A stretch of DNA of 64,000 nt, taken from the NCBI GenBank assembly GCA_964515685.1, contig CAZEWA010000002.1, positions 7,932 to 71,931 on the forward strand, given 5' to 3'. This stretch comes from an uncultured Polyangiales bacterium. Its GTDB lineage: Bacteria > Myxococcota_A > Polyangia > Polyangiales > DASUME01. The notes beneath the pieces were generated by a model. The model saw nothing but the letters and a program-made list of their open reading frames with translations, had not been told where the DNA came from and did no database searches. Shown here one piece after another: positions 43,148 to 53,354 of this stretch; within the stretch, counting starts at the first letter, position 1, and the number at the start of each line of letters is the position of its first letter. The position numbers and the translations under genes were made by a program.

Positions 43148-44247
43148 GGGGGGCTCCCACTTGCCATCTTGAGGTCTTCCAGATAGCGCTGGGCGTTGGG
43201 TCTGTAGGCATCGTTGCCCGGAGAGAGGGCGAGATACTTCTCGAACAACGCTGCCGCTTCCTTGTGCTGTTCCAGAAAATCCGCCCGCAGGACGGCCAAG
43301 TTGTAGAGCGCTGGCAAGTGGTTCGGCGAGGCTGAGAGCACTTGCTCGTAGAGCGCTTGAGCCTCTTTGTGTTTGCCCTGCCCGCGCAGGGCGATGGCGA
43401 GGCCTATCTGGGCGTCCTGTGCGTGCGCATCCGAGCTTAGAGCCGCGCGGTAAGCGGTTTCTGCGGCACGGAAATCGCCAGCTTGCAGCAACACCGATGC
43501 GCGGTTCATGTGAGCGGGGGCAAAGCGTGCGTTCTTCTGGCTGGCCTGAGCAAAGTGCGTGAAGGCTAGCTGCGTGTCGCCGCGATCCAAGGCGAGCAGG
43601 CCTAGCTCGTTGTGCACGGAAGGGTTATCGGGGCCGTGCGCCAAGGCCTTTTCGAGCACGAGATGGGCCACGTCGAATTCCTTTTGCGCGCGATAAATCC
43701 GACCAATTTCCAGTAGAGCGCGGGTCTCGGTCGGATACTGAATCAGAACTTCACGCGCTTGCTTGAGGGCTCCTTCGTGATCTTTCCGTTCGCGATACAA
43801 CGCTGCCAGCGCGAGGCGTGCCGCAACATGCGACGGCTCCCGCACAACTAGCCCTTCGAGCAGGCCCGTGGCCACCGCGAGATCCCCGCGAGCTAGTTCG
43901 CACTCCGCCAAAGCCAGCGAAGGTTCGGGGGCATCGGGCGCGAGTGACCTCGCCTCCATCAGGCTTTTGCGGGCGGAATCGAGCTGTCCGAGCTTTCTGA
44001 GCACGAGGCCGAGATCGTAGTGTGCTTCCCAGAGTCTCGGCGCCTTTGCGATAGCTTGCTCAAGCTGCTCGCGTGCGCGCAGCAATGCCTTGGGGGTTCC
44101 GGCCTTGAGTTGTTCGGCGCCTGAGACGAATAGCTTCACGGCTTCTGCGTCGGGAGGTGCGAGTGTGCCCGCATGCTCCGCGCCAGGCTGGGCTTTGTTG
44201 CAAGACGCGAGCAGGAGCAGCGCCAGGAGCGGGACTGTGCGAGTCAT
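43144..44247 (-). CDS. TPR-repeat lipoprotein, GltE/NfsE-like
   Basis: Lipobox LLALLLLASC; about 8 TPR-like repeats; 4-nt overlaps on both sides. Confidence 0.7.
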   Translation of the reverse strand: MTRTVPLLALLLLASCNKAQPGAEHAGTLAPPDAEAVKLFVSGAEQLKAGTPKALLRAREQLEQAIAKAPRLWEAHYDLGLVLRKLGQLDSARKSLMEARSLAPDAPEPSLALAECELARGDLAVATGLLEGLVVREPSHVAARLALAALYRERKDHEGALKQAREVLIQYPTETRALLEIGRIYRAQKEFDVAHLVLEKALAHGPDNPSVHNELGLLALDRGDTQLAFTHFAQASQKNARFAPAHMNRASVLLQAGDFRAAETAYRAALSSDAHAQDAQIGLAIALRGQGKHKEAQALYEQVLSASPNHLPALYNLAVLRADFLEQHKEAAALFEKYLALSPGNDAYRPNAQRYLEDLKMASGSPP

Positions 44248-47200
44248 GAGGAGGCTCCCTTTGCGTTGCTCGGGGTTCGGTTCGTCTTGCCCGGGCTCGA
44301 GGGATGTGGCGATTTGGTGTTTTTCTTGGGCTTAGCCGGGGAGGCTGTCCCCGCTCCCGCATTCGCATTTGCCGGGGCGGATCGGTCTCGCAGACCTTCG
44401 AGGACAGGGCCCTCAGCGAGCAGCGCCTCGCGCACAATCTGCCCTCCCATTTCACGTAGAGGCGGATACTCCACTTCGTTCATGCGGGTTAAACCCGCGC
44501 GCATGTGCACGGTCCACTGGTTGTAGATCCCGAGTTCCCGTGCGCGCTTGTATCCGCCTTCGTACGCCTGAAGCGCACGCTCTTCGATGGGGATGACGAA
44601 CATCGCAAGCTCGTCGCGATAGACCTGCTGCTCGTCTTCGCTCAGACCCGGAGGCAACGGTGCTTCGCCGAGTGCTTTGGCAAACAGCTCGTAGCTGTGG
44701 CCAATCTTGTACAGGGCGGCAGTCACCCACTCGGCCACCTCGAACTCCACGACTTCGCCGTAGATGGTCGCAGCCTTGGCGAGCAGCTTCGCTTTGAGCT
44801 TCAGACGCGTGCTGAGGCCTTTGATGTCGCCTTCGATGCGTACATCGTCGAAATCAGCGAGCGCCTGGTCGCCTTGTAAGAAGCGGGCCTGCGCCGCGTA
44901 GTGGCGCCCTTCTTTGAGCGTCTTACGATGCTTGCGTCCTTCGCTTACCGCTTCGGAATAGGCCGTGTCTGCCGCCTTCTTCTGCCCAGCGGAAGTGAGA
45001 ACTTGCCCAAGTCGCGTGTAGGCCTCAACCCGGCGGTCGACGTTCTTCGTGCGCCGGAGGTACTCGCGGTAGGTCGCTTCGGCTGCGCCGTAGGCGGCTT
45101 CTGCTTCCTGTGCGCGTCCGATCAGAAAGTAGACGTCGTCGACGGCAGCATCCTTGGGAAAGTGCTCGGTGAAGCGCTTTCCGTTGCTCGAGGCGAGCTT
45201 GTAGTCGCGGGCAGATAGGCGGAGCAGCACGGCGTTGTAGGCGGCATCAGCAGCCTTCGGGGCCTTGGGGAAGCGCGAGGCGTAGGCCTCGTAGAATCGA
45301 GCCGCATCGCGAAATTGAGCGATGGACTCGTACATCTGCGCGCCGTTCCATGCACCGAGCGCACCTTCATCGGTGTTGGGATGCTTTTCGATAAGCGTGC
45401 TGTACGTTGTGTCGGCGCGCGAGAGAAGACCTGCGCGCGTGAGCTCTAAGCCCGCATTGTAGTAGGCCTTTGGCGCGCGTGGGTCGGCAGGGAACTCTTG
45501 GGCCGCGCGTATGAAGGCGTCGGCGGCTTGCGTGTGTTCTTTCTGCGCAGCGAGCTGCTCTCCAATCTTGAATACAGCGCCTAAGATGAGGCCATTTAAG
45601 CGCGCTTGGGAGTCAGGACTCTTGAAAGCAGGAGCGCCCTTGAGCTTGCGCGCCCAGAGCTCGATGTTCTGGTAGTCCGCCGCGCGATTGAAGCTGTCGA
45701 GTACGAGTTCGCCTGCATTCCCCGCGTAGGCGCTGTCGGGGAACCTGTCGAGTAGCTGGCCAAACATACGAACCGCCGGATCATAGATGTGGCGTTCGTA
45801 ATAGAACTTGCCTTGCCGAAATAGGATTTCAGGCAGGTCTGGATCGTTAGGAAAGTAGCTTGCGTAGAGCTCGATAGCGGCTGCGAACTTCTGATCGTTT
45901 TCCGTTTCTGGACACGGTGTGTTGGAGGATGCGGGGCAGCGCCCTATCTCCTTTTCGCGAACGCGCTCGAAGGCCCCAATCGCGTTGTAGAGCGCATCTT
46001 TTGTGAACTCCCCTTGAGGCTGCTTGCGGGCGGCCAGCATGTAGGCTTCGCCGGCTTCTGCGTGCCGCTCGAGTCGATGAAAGAGGATTTCTCCGAGGTA
46101 GAACCGCAGTCGGTAGCTCTCCTCCGCATCGTCGAAATGCTGGAGGTAGATCTGGTAGATGGCCACCGCTCGCTCGAAGTCCTCGCGGCGTGTGTCGCGC
46201 TGACCTATCTCGTGCAGGGAGAGCGCTTGTTCGCGCAGGGCGCGCTCTATCAATGCGTGCGCCTCCAGCACGGTGTCTGGGTCAGGCTGCTGGCTCGCCC
46301 AGGTTGAGTTGCGCGCGTAGGTTTCGGCCAGCACCGCGAAGGCGTCCCGCGCTTTGGGGAAGTTGCCCATCGCAAGCTGGCCGCGCGCGATGGCGAGCTG
46401 GTAGGAAGGGGCGTGTTTCCCGGCCGGAGTAATCTGCAAGAGCAGTCCGTAGGACTCGATGCCCTGGTCGAATCGGGCTTGATCGAAGTAGGTCGCGCTC
46501 AGCCGGATAAGCACGCGTTCTACGTGCTTTTCGCCGCCTATTTCTTGCAAGAAGCGCCGAACGTCGGCTGCACGGTTGCGCTCGTCTTCGGTGAAGACTT
46601 GAATCAGGTACTCGAGCGCTTCGCTCTGTAGCTCCTTGATGCGAGTCTTGCGCCGAAGAGCTGAGCGCTCCCCTTCGAGATCGAGCACCTTGCGGAACCG
46701 GACGGCTGCATCCGTGCGGCGGCCGAGCTGCCAAAGACACCACGCGCTCTTGAACAACGCGAGGTCAAAGAGCTCGCTTTCCTCGTACTTTAGGACTTGA
46801 TCGTACTCGGTCAGGGCCGCTTTGTAGTCATAGTCCGTGTTGAACACGTACTCGGCCAGCGCCATGTGAGCATCGGGCCTAAAGCGACTCTCTTTGTACT
46901 CGAGTAGGAGGCGCCGGAAAAGAGGCAGAGAGGCTTCGTAGTCTCCGCGTTCCACGAGCGTGTAGGCCTTCATGTAGAGCACGAGATCGAGCCGCGAGAA
47001 GTTCGGATGTTTCTCGAGTAGGCGGTCGTAGAGCGCAAACGCGCGCTCGAAGTTGGGAAGTGGAGGGCGTGCTGGGCGTCGATTGTCGGGCAAGTTTTGG
47101 TAGCGCTCAAAAGCTTCCAGGTAGTCGATTCGCGCGAGCTCCCAGTGCAGTTCGGAAAGGCGCAGCAAGGCGTCCGCCATCTCGCTCGCGTCTTCCGGTT

Positions 47201-47576
47201 CCTGCGCCACAAAGGCATCGAGCAGGGCGATGGCTTCCGCGCGTCGCGCCTTGACCTTTTGCTCTCTGTCGGCGAGCAATTCTGCGAGTAGCGCTTGTTC
47301 TTTGGCGCGTGCGGTGTGGCCGAGCGTGTCGGGTCGAAAGCGGAAATAGTGGCGCGCTTCGAGCTCGCTGGATGGCTGCGTCGCATGGTTGCGTGCACGC
47401 TCATCTACGCGTCGAAGTTGATTGAGGTCGACGCCGCTGTCGACTCGTCGTTCCTTCGCAGGTGCTCCTAACTTGGACTTGGGAGCACTTGCCGTCGGCG
47501 CCGCGTAGGCCTGCTGTGCGGCGATGGAGCTCCACGCGAGGGTGGCGCACAGAACCCATGGGGTAACGCGCTTCAT
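44244..47576 (-). CDS. Large secreted TPR protein (1110 aa), GltD(AgmU)/NfsD-like
   Basis: Signal peptide WVLCATLAWSSIAAQQAYA. TPR/BamD-like repeats throughout; basic Pro/Lys-rich C-terminal tail. 4-nt overlaps on both sides. Confidence 0.7.
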   Translation of the reverse strand: MKRVTPWVLCATLAWSSIAAQQAYAAPTASAPKSKLGAPAKERRVDSGVDLNQLRRVDERARNHATQPSSELEARHYFRFRPDTLGHTARAKEQALLAELLADREQKVKARRAEAIALLDAFVAQEPEDASEMADALLRLSELHWELARIDYLEAFERYQNLPDNRRPARPPLPNFERAFALYDRLLEKHPNFSRLDLVLYMKAYTLVERGDYEASLPLFRRLLLEYKESRFRPDAHMALAEYVFNTDYDYKAALTEYDQVLKYEESELFDLALFKSAWCLWQLGRRTDAAVRFRKVLDLEGERSALRRKTRIKELQSEALEYLIQVFTEDERNRAADVRRFLQEIGGEKHVERVLIRLSATYFDQARFDQGIESYGLLLQITPAGKHAPSYQLAIARGQLAMGNFPKARDAFAVLAETYARNSTWASQQPDPDTVLEAHALIERALREQALSLHEIGQRDTRREDFERAVAIYQIYLQHFDDAEESYRLRFYLGEILFHRLERHAEAGEAYMLAARKQPQGEFTKDALYNAIGAFERVREKEIGRCPASSNTPCPETENDQKFAAAIELYASYFPNDPDLPEILFRQGKFYYERHIYDPAVRMFGQLLDRFPDSAYAGNAGELVLDSFNRAADYQNIELWARKLKGAPAFKSPDSQARLNGLILGAVFKIGEQLAAQKEHTQAADAFIRAAQEFPADPRAPKAYYNAGLELTRAGLLSRADTTYSTLIEKHPNTDEGALGAWNGAQMYESIAQFRDAARFYEAYASRFPKAPKAADAAYNAVLLRLSARDYKLASSNGKRFTEHFPKDAAVDDVYFLIGRAQEAEAAYGAAEATYREYLRRTKNVDRRVEAYTRLGQVLTSAGQKKAADTAYSEAVSEGRKHRKTLKEGRHYAAQARFLQGDQALADFDDVRIEGDIKGLSTRLKLKAKLLAKAATIYGEVVEFEVAEWVTAALYKIGHSYELFAKALGEAPLPPGLSEDEQQVYRDELAMFVIPIEERALQAYEGGYKRARELGIYNQWTVHMRAGLTRMNEVEYPPLREMGGQIVREALLAEGPVLEGLRDRSAPANANAGAGTASPAKPKKNTKSPHPSSPGKTNRTPSNAKGASS

Positions 47577-49561
47577 CGAGGCTCCTTTGCGTAGCGCTCA
47601 ACGAACTCGTCGGGCCAGTCTTCGCCTTCGAAGGGCCAATACTCTTCGTCGTCACGCAAAAGACTCTGCATGCGAAGCGGATCCACAAGTTCAGGGGGAA
47701 AGCGCCCTGCGGCGAGGCTCTCGACCTGAAGTTCGACCTGACGCTTGCTGCCCATGACCGCATCAATGCGGCCGATGCGCGCTCGACGTAATTCCTTGGC
47801 AAGGCGCTGACGCAACTCCAGCAGCGCGGCTTTTCCTGCTGCGCCGGCTTTCGCTTCGAGCTCGGCGCGGATGCGCTGTGCGGACTGGCGAAGTGCATCT
47901 ACGTAGCGCACGTCTTCTTCGAGGCGCGTGCTCAATTCCTTAGAAATGGGAGGCGCTGCAGCGTCCGAATTTCCGAGGCTTGTGCGAAGTTTTTGCTCGA
48001 CCGTGCTCAAACGGCCCTCGAGCTTTCGACGCACGGCTTGCAGTGCGGCTATCTCTTGCTTGGGAGCCGCGGCGCGTTCGAGGGTGCGCAGGTCGCTGCC
48101 CAAGGTTTCGACGGCCCTGCGCAAATCCTGCACGGACTGCATTTGGCCTGCGACACGGTCACCTGGGTTGCGTTCGTCCAGGCGTGGCGAAGGAGCGTCG
48201 CGGCCTCTGACCCTGGCAGCGAGCGCTCCGAGTGCTTGCGGGACATTGCCGCTGCGTGCGAGCTCCGCATCGAGCACTCGGATCTGCGAATGCAGGCGAT
48301 AGAACGCAGGATCTGCGGAGACGAGCGCCAGCAGAATACCGTCGGGGTCCGGGGCCGTTTCATCTCCGTTCTCACGGCTGCGCGAAAGACTTTCGGCGCG
48401 TGCGACGAGGTCGCGATACAGCGTTGCCTGTTTCGCTTCGCTTTGAAGCGTCTGGTCGATCTCGAGCAACACAGCGCCGAACGTGTTTTCGAATGCCACA
48501 AGCTCGGCCTCGGCGGCTCCAAAAGCGCAGCGGGCGAGATTCACATAGCCTCGGAGCACGGAGGCCTCAGCGGAGTATGCGGAGCGAGGAAAGCGAGCCT
48601 TCAGTTGGTCGAGTCCGTCCAGAGCCGCATCGTGATCGCCGCCCTCGTAGCTGGCCCAGGAGGCTTCGAATAAAGCCTCGGCGATGCGCTCGGAGTCGTT
48701 TGGAACCTGGAAGTAATAGTAGAAGGCATCGCGCGAGCGCGCTGTCTCGTGTGCCACTCGGCCCAAGGCCAGGTGGGCCATATCGCGGACTTGATAGAAG
48801 CGGCCGTCCGCGTAGAACGAAAGGGCGTCCTTCTTGCCCAACGTTGCGACGCGACAAAAGCGCGATTCGGCTTCCTTGAAGTTCTTGGTTTGAGCCGCCA
48901 GGGCGCCGAGCATGTACTGTGCGCTGGGGTAGAAGCGACTCTTGATACTAAGCTGCGTGAACTGGCGCGTGGCTGCCGCCACATCGCTTGCGTCGTAAGC
49001 CGCAAGGCCGCGCAGATAGTGCAGCTCGTTGGCGGCGTCCTCGGGGAGCGCGTCTTTTACGCTAGCGCTCAGACGCGCAGCCGAAGCAGCGAGGTCGCCT
49101 CGCAGCAGTGCGGCGTCCACGGCGCGACGGTAGGCCGGAGCAAAGGTGGCCGCGTCTGGACCGCGTGCGAGCATGCGATCGAGGATGCGCTGCGCGCTCG
49201 TGAGCGCATGCTGTTCGAGCAATGAAGACACCAGCAAGAGTTCGGCTGTGTGATATTCGTCGAGGGACTCGAATGCCTTGAAGCGCGGACCTTCCACCGC
49301 TTCCAGCAGGAGGGACGTGGCTTCGTCGCGTTGGCCGAGAAGCAGCGCCTGCTGCGCTTGCTGAACGAGGAGGGACAGCTCCTCCGCACTGTCCGCGCCC
49401 ACACCCGCCAAATGCTGCGCGTCGAGCAACTCCATGTACGCATCGAGGATGCTGCGCGTAGGCTCGCGCGAGGCCGCTCGCTCCGGCTGCGCGTCGGCAT
49501 GCGCGAGCGCGGGCAGCAGCGCGCACGTCATCCAGGCCAGAGCGTTTGCCCGTCGTGCCAT
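47573..49561 (-). CDS. Secreted TPR + coiled-coil protein (662 aa), GltC/NfsC-like
   Basis: Signal peptide WMTCALLPALAHA. TPR-like N-terminal two-thirds and a coiled-coil C-terminal third. Confidence 0.6.
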   Translation of the reverse strand: MARRANALAWMTCALLPALAHADAQPERAASREPTRSILDAYMELLDAQHLAGVGADSAEELSLLVQQAQQALLLGQRDEATSLLLEAVEGPRFKAFESLDEYHTAELLLVSSLLEQHALTSAQRILDRMLARGPDAATFAPAYRRAVDAALLRGDLAASAARLSASVKDALPEDAANELHYLRGLAAYDASDVAAATRQFTQLSIKSRFYPSAQYMLGALAAQTKNFKEAESRFCRVATLGKKDALSFYADGRFYQVRDMAHLALGRVAHETARSRDAFYYYFQVPNDSERIAEALFEASWASYEGGDHDAALDGLDQLKARFPRSAYSAEASVLRGYVNLARCAFGAAEAELVAFENTFGAVLLEIDQTLQSEAKQATLYRDLVARAESLSRSRENGDETAPDPDGILLALVSADPAFYRLHSQIRVLDAELARSGNVPQALGALAARVRGRDAPSPRLDERNPGDRVAGQMQSVQDLRRAVETLGSDLRTLERAAAPKQEIAALQAVRRKLEGRLSTVEQKLRTSLGNSDAAAPPISKELSTRLEEDVRYVDALRQSAQRIRAELEAKAGAAGKAALLELRQRLAKELRRARIGRIDAVMGSKRQVELQVESLAAGRFPPELVDPLRMQSLLRDDEEYWPFEGEDWPDEFVERYAKEPR

Positions 49562-50265
49562 CAGTCCTGGTCCACCTTTTCTGCGCGGACGCGAAGCACG
49601 GTGCGCACGTCGTATACGCCCTTGTTCTTGCGTGGAAGCTTCTCGGCCATGTTCGACGCGTCTTTCAAGGTGAGCTCGACCTGCGTCTTCGTGTCCTTCT
49701 TGACCTCGAGGCGGAAGCGCTCGCTTCGAACATACCGATAGGCGGTGTTCTCGCTGGATTCCTCGGTTACCTCCAGCGAGAGTTCGTGCAGTCCCGGCGC
49801 TGCGAAGCCTTCGAACAGCACGGCATCTCCCGCAGCCGTGAGCGTTGCGCCGTCTGAGTCGTGCACGGGCACGCCATCGAGGCGCAACGTGATGTGGCTC
49901 AGGCGTTGTGCGTCCGCGCGGCGAATCACCCGCACCTCGAGCGGCGTTCGAAACAGGGTTTTGGTGAGCACGGCGGCCCGTGTGCGCGCCTGAATCAGCT
50001 CGTCGAGAATGCTCGATAGCTCGCCTTCGACTTGTGCAAAGGCAGCGTCGTCGCCCGCGGTATGTCGGTTGGCCTCGCCATCGGCACGGCTCGTCGCCTG
50101 GAGAATCGCGGCGCTTGGCTCTGTGGACGCTTGTGGGCTCTCCGCAGCTTTAGCTGGCTCTGTGCCGTCCGTTGCTACCTCCGACGCTTGGGCGAAGCCT
50201 ACAGACGCGTGAAGCGTCAGCAGGCCGAGACCAAGAAGCCATGGGGCGTGAGTGAGGGTACGCAT
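49561..50265 (-). CDS. Secreted periplasmic protein (234 aa), hypothetical member of the Glt/Nfs-like cluster
   Basis: Signal peptide WLLGLGLLTLHASVGFAQA; disordered Ala/Glu/Thr region; beta-rich C-terminal domain. 1-nt overlap (TGATG) with the next gene. Confidence 0.6.
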   Translation of the reverse strand: MRTLTHAPWLLGLGLLTLHASVGFAQASEVATDGTEPAKAAESPQASTEPSAAILQATSRADGEANRHTAGDDAAFAQVEGELSSILDELIQARTRAAVLTKTLFRTPLEVRVIRRADAQRLSHITLRLDGVPVHDSDGATLTAAGDAVLFEGFAAPGLHELSLEVTEESSENTAYRYVRSERFRLEVKKDTKTQVELTLKDASNMAEKLPRKNKGVYDVRTVLRVRAEKVDQD

Positions 50266-50280
50266 GGGCGTCTTCGCCTT

Positions 50281-50979
50281 TCAGAAACCGAACGGGAGGA
50301 ACACAGAGAGTCCCAGCGTGGCGATGAGGTTGTTCACGATGCGCGCATCGCCGAGTAGCTCCTGGGTGAGCACCTGGTCGCGTAGATCCACACGCACCGC
50401 AAGCCACGGCGCGGGATAGAACTTCAAGCCCAGGCCGCCGCTGAAAGTGAGGCTGCGCGCGGATTGGTTGTCGGTGATGCCGCCGCCTAGGGCGAGCCCA
50501 AAATCAAAGCGACTGATGCGACTGCCAAACCAGCGCATTTTGCCGTAGGCCAAGGTCCAGATCAGGTGGCCTTGATACAACCAGACCGGTACGCGGTCCC
50601 GCACCAGGTCCGTGCCTAGCTCGTCTTCGAGGATAGCGATGACCTCGGAGCGTGACTCCGTGCGCGCCACCATGGCCTCAAGTCCCAGGTCTTCGCTGAA
50701 ATGATAGGTGTACGTGCCACCGACCAGCCAGGAGGAGGACATGAGATCGGCCGCGTAGGCGCCGCCGAGTACGCTGACTTCGTGGCGCCGCGCTTTTTGA
50801 AACAGACGCTCTTGCACGCCGCGGTATTGGCGCCGGGCATTGAGCTCGTCGCGGATGGCCTCGTCGATGCACTGCGCCTGCGCGCGACCCCAGGGAGCCA
50901 CAGCGAGTAGCATGAGGACCGCGCACAGCGCGTGTCCGAAGGTCGCTCGCCCCCGGGCGAATCGCCCCAAATCGTCCAT
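50281..50979 (-). CDS. Outer-membrane beta-barrel protein, first gene of the Glt/Nfs-like cluster (GltA/GltB/NfsA-like position)
   Basis: Signal peptide LCAVLMLLAVAPWGRAQA. Barrel-like alternating segments; C-terminal ...LGLSVFLPFGF. Confidence 0.65.
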   Translation of the reverse strand: MDDLGRFARGRATFGHALCAVLMLLAVAPWGRAQAQCIDEAIRDELNARRQYRGVQERLFQKARRHEVSVLGGAYAADLMSSSWLVGGTYTYHFSEDLGLEAMVARTESRSEVIAILEDELGTDLVRDRVPVWLYQGHLIWTLAYGKMRWFGSRISRFDFGLALGGGITDNQSARSLTFSGGLGLKFYPAPWLAVRVDLRDQVLTQELLGDARIVNNLIATLGLSVFLPFGF

Positions 50980-51038
50980 GGCAGTACGATACCGATAGGG
51001 TTTACTGAATTGCTAGCTCGGCGCGGTGGGACAGCTCG

Positions 51039-51941
51039 CTAACAGAGGTAGCGCTCTCCGGTGTCGCACAACACCGTCACCACACGCTGATCCGCACGCA
51101 TGGTCTTCGCTACCTCGATGGCCGCCCACACATTCGCACCTGCGGAGGTGCCTACGAGTAAACCTTCTTCTTGGGCCAGGCGGCGTGCGGTGCGGTCGGC
51201 AGCCACATCCGTGACCGCCAGGACGTGGTCGAGGAGGCTGCGATCGAGGACCTTTGGGATGAAGCCTGCTCCGAGACCTTGAATGCCGTGTAGGCCGGGC
51301 TGACCGCCACTGAGTACCGCACTGCCTCGCGGTTCCACGGCGATGACGCGCAGGCCGCGAATCTGGGCTTTCAACACCCGGGCTACGCCGGTGAGGGTCC
51401 CTCCCGTGCCGACGCCTGCCACGAAGGCATCGACCTGGCCCCCGGTGTCTTCGAGGATCTCGCGGGCTGTGGTGTCGGCGTGGGCGTTTGGGTTTTCCGG
51501 GTTTTCGAATTGCCTGGGCATGAATGCGCCGGGTGTGGCGCGCACGATGGCCTCGGCGCGGGCGACGGCGCCCGCCATGCCGGTGACGGCGTCGGTGAGG
51601 ATGAGCTCCGCGCCGTACGCCTGCAGCAAGAGCCGCCGGGCCACGCTCGCATCTTCCGGCATGACCAACACACAGCGGTAACCACGGGCCGCGGCCAGCA
51701 TGGCGAGACTGATGCCGGTGTTGCCGCTGGTGGCCTCCACCAACGTCGCGCCTGGCTTCAGGACCGCGCTTTTCTCGGCGGCCAACAGCATGGCCAGCGC
51801 CGGTCTATCTTTGACACTGCCACCTGGGTTTTTGCTCTCGAGCTTGGCGCAGATCTCTGCACAGCCCTTCGGCGAGAGCTTCTTGAGGCGCACGAGTGGA
51901 GTTTTGCCAACGAGCTCGAAAACTCCGTCGTAGATGGGCAA
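51039..51941 (-). CDS. cysK: Cysteine synthase (O-acetylserine sulfhydrylase)
   Basis: GKTPLVRL, PGGSVKDR (PLP Lys), TSGNTGISLA, GVGTGGTLTG and the GTSAGAN series. Confidence 0.88.
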   Translation of the reverse strand: MPIYDGVFELVGKTPLVRLKKLSPKGCAEICAKLESKNPGGSVKDRPALAMLLAAEKSAVLKPGATLVEATSGNTGISLAMLAAARGYRCVLVMPEDASVARRLLLQAYGAELILTDAVTGMAGAVARAEAIVRATPGAFMPRQFENPENPNAHADTTAREILEDTGGQVDAFVAGVGTGGTLTGVARVLKAQIRGLRVIAVEPRGSAVLSGGQPGLHGIQGLGAGFIPKVLDRSLLDHVLAVTDVAADRTARRLAQEEGLLVGTSAGANVWAAIEVAKTMRADQRVVTVLCDTGERYLC

Positions 51942-51944
51942 AGT

Positions 51945-53036
51945 TCAATCCTCTCTGGGGTCACGCGGCTCTTGGTCATTGAAGCCGCGGCTCTGTTCGC
52001 GGTCGAACGAGGGGTGATCGCGGTTGACACGCGTCTCGCTTTTTCGCCGTTCCGCGCGGGCGTCATAGGCGCGAATGATGCGCTGGACCAGCGGGTGGCG
52101 CACCACGTCTACGTCGCTGAAGCGATTGATGGCGATACCCTCGACATCGCTGAGTAGGCGAATGGCGTCGGACAGACCGCTCTTGCGTCCGTCAGGGAGA
52201 TCGACCTGGGTGACGTCGCCCGTAATTACGGCCTTGGAGTCGTAGCCGAGGCGGGTTAAGAACATCTTCATCTGGTCGACGGTGGTGTTCTGGGCTTCGT
52301 CGAGAATGACGAAGCTCGAGTTCAGGGTACGGCCGCGCATGAAGGCAAGCGGTGCGACTTCGATGGTCCCGCGCGAGAGCAAGTCTTGGGCGCGCTCCAT
52401 GTCCATCATGTCGTGCAGCGCATCGTAGAGTGGGCGCAGGTAGGGGTTCACCTTCTCCGCGAGATCGCCGGGCAGAAATCCGAGCTTTTCGCCCGCTTCC
52501 ACCGCAGGACGCGTGAGGATGATGCGCTTGTACTTGCGGCTGAGCAGGGCGGAGACCGCGGCTGCCATGGCCAAGTAGGTCTTGCCCGTGCCGGCGGGGC
52601 CCACTCCGAACACCACGTCGTGCGTGCGCATCGCGCGGATGTACTCCTGCTGCGCGACGCCTTTCGGCGAGACTCCGCGCTTGCCGGTGCCGACGCTGAT
52701 GACGTCGTCGAGCATTTCGCTCAACCGCACGTCGGGATGGCGCTTGAGGGTTTCGATACTGCGCTCGATCTCGCGCTCGCCTAGATGGCCCCCGCGGCGC
52801 ACGAGTTCCAGCAACTCGGCAAGCGCACGCTCAGCAAGCGCCACCGCAGGGGCCGCGCCGACGAGTCGGATCGTGTTTCCTCGCAGGCCGATACCGATGC
52901 CGAAGGCACGTTCGAGAGGTTTCAAGTTGGCGCCCGATGGGCCTGTGAGTGCAAGCAGAAGGCCGCTATCGAGGACCTCCACTTCGGTGGAGACACGTAC
53001 AGGTTGACTCGGGATTTCCGACTCGATTTCTGGCAT
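51945..53036 (-). CDS. phoH: PhoH-like ATPase (PhoH/YbeZ family)
   Basis: VFGVGPAGTGKTYLAMA (Walker A), RIILTRPAVEAGEKLGFLPGDL, FVILDEAQNTT and VITGDVTQVDLP. Confidence 0.9.
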   Translation of the reverse strand: MPEIESEIPSQPVRVSTEVEVLDSGLLLALTGPSGANLKPLERAFGIGIGLRGNTIRLVGAAPAVALAERALAELLELVRRGGHLGEREIERSIETLKRHPDVRLSEMLDDVISVGTGKRGVSPKGVAQQEYIRAMRTHDVVFGVGPAGTGKTYLAMAAAVSALLSRKYKRIILTRPAVEAGEKLGFLPGDLAEKVNPYLRPLYDALHDMMDMERAQDLLSRGTIEVAPLAFMRGRTLNSSFVILDEAQNTTVDQMKMFLTRLGYDSKAVITGDVTQVDLPDGRKSGLSDAIRLLSDVEGIAINRFSDVDVVRHPLVQRIIRAYDARAERRKSETRVNRDHPSFDREQSRGFNDQEPRDPRED

Positions 53037-53274
53037 GCAGCTCCTGGGTCGTAGGCGGCGTGGGTTTTCTACACGCTACCACGCAGGCACAAAGCTCGCG
53101 GTAGTGAAGCGGAAAGAAAGGTGCGCCAGCCTGCGTAGGCGCCCCTCCCACATAGAGTACGAGGGGAGAGGCCAGCGTGGGGTGGCGACGCTTCTCGCGG
53201 CTCAGGAACGCCTTGATTCGCGTGCGGCAAACGCACGGATGAGGACGGGGGGGTAGGGGTCGAGCCCGTAAGAA

Positions 53275-53304
53275 AGCCCTCCGACCCGATCGGGAAGGAG
53301 GGCT
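53275..53304 (-). terminator. Hairpin downstream of the giant pseudokinase gene (candidate terminator)
   Basis: AGCCCTCC (53275-82) / GGAGGGCT (53297-304), with a loop containing the CCCGATCGGG palindrome. On the minus strand it is followed by TTCTTAC. A second palindrome ATCGCGTACGCGAT lies at about 53314-53329. Confidence 0.35.
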
Positions 53305-53354
53305 CACTTTGCGAATCGCGTACGCGATCGTCTCTGATCACGTCCGAGCTGCTC

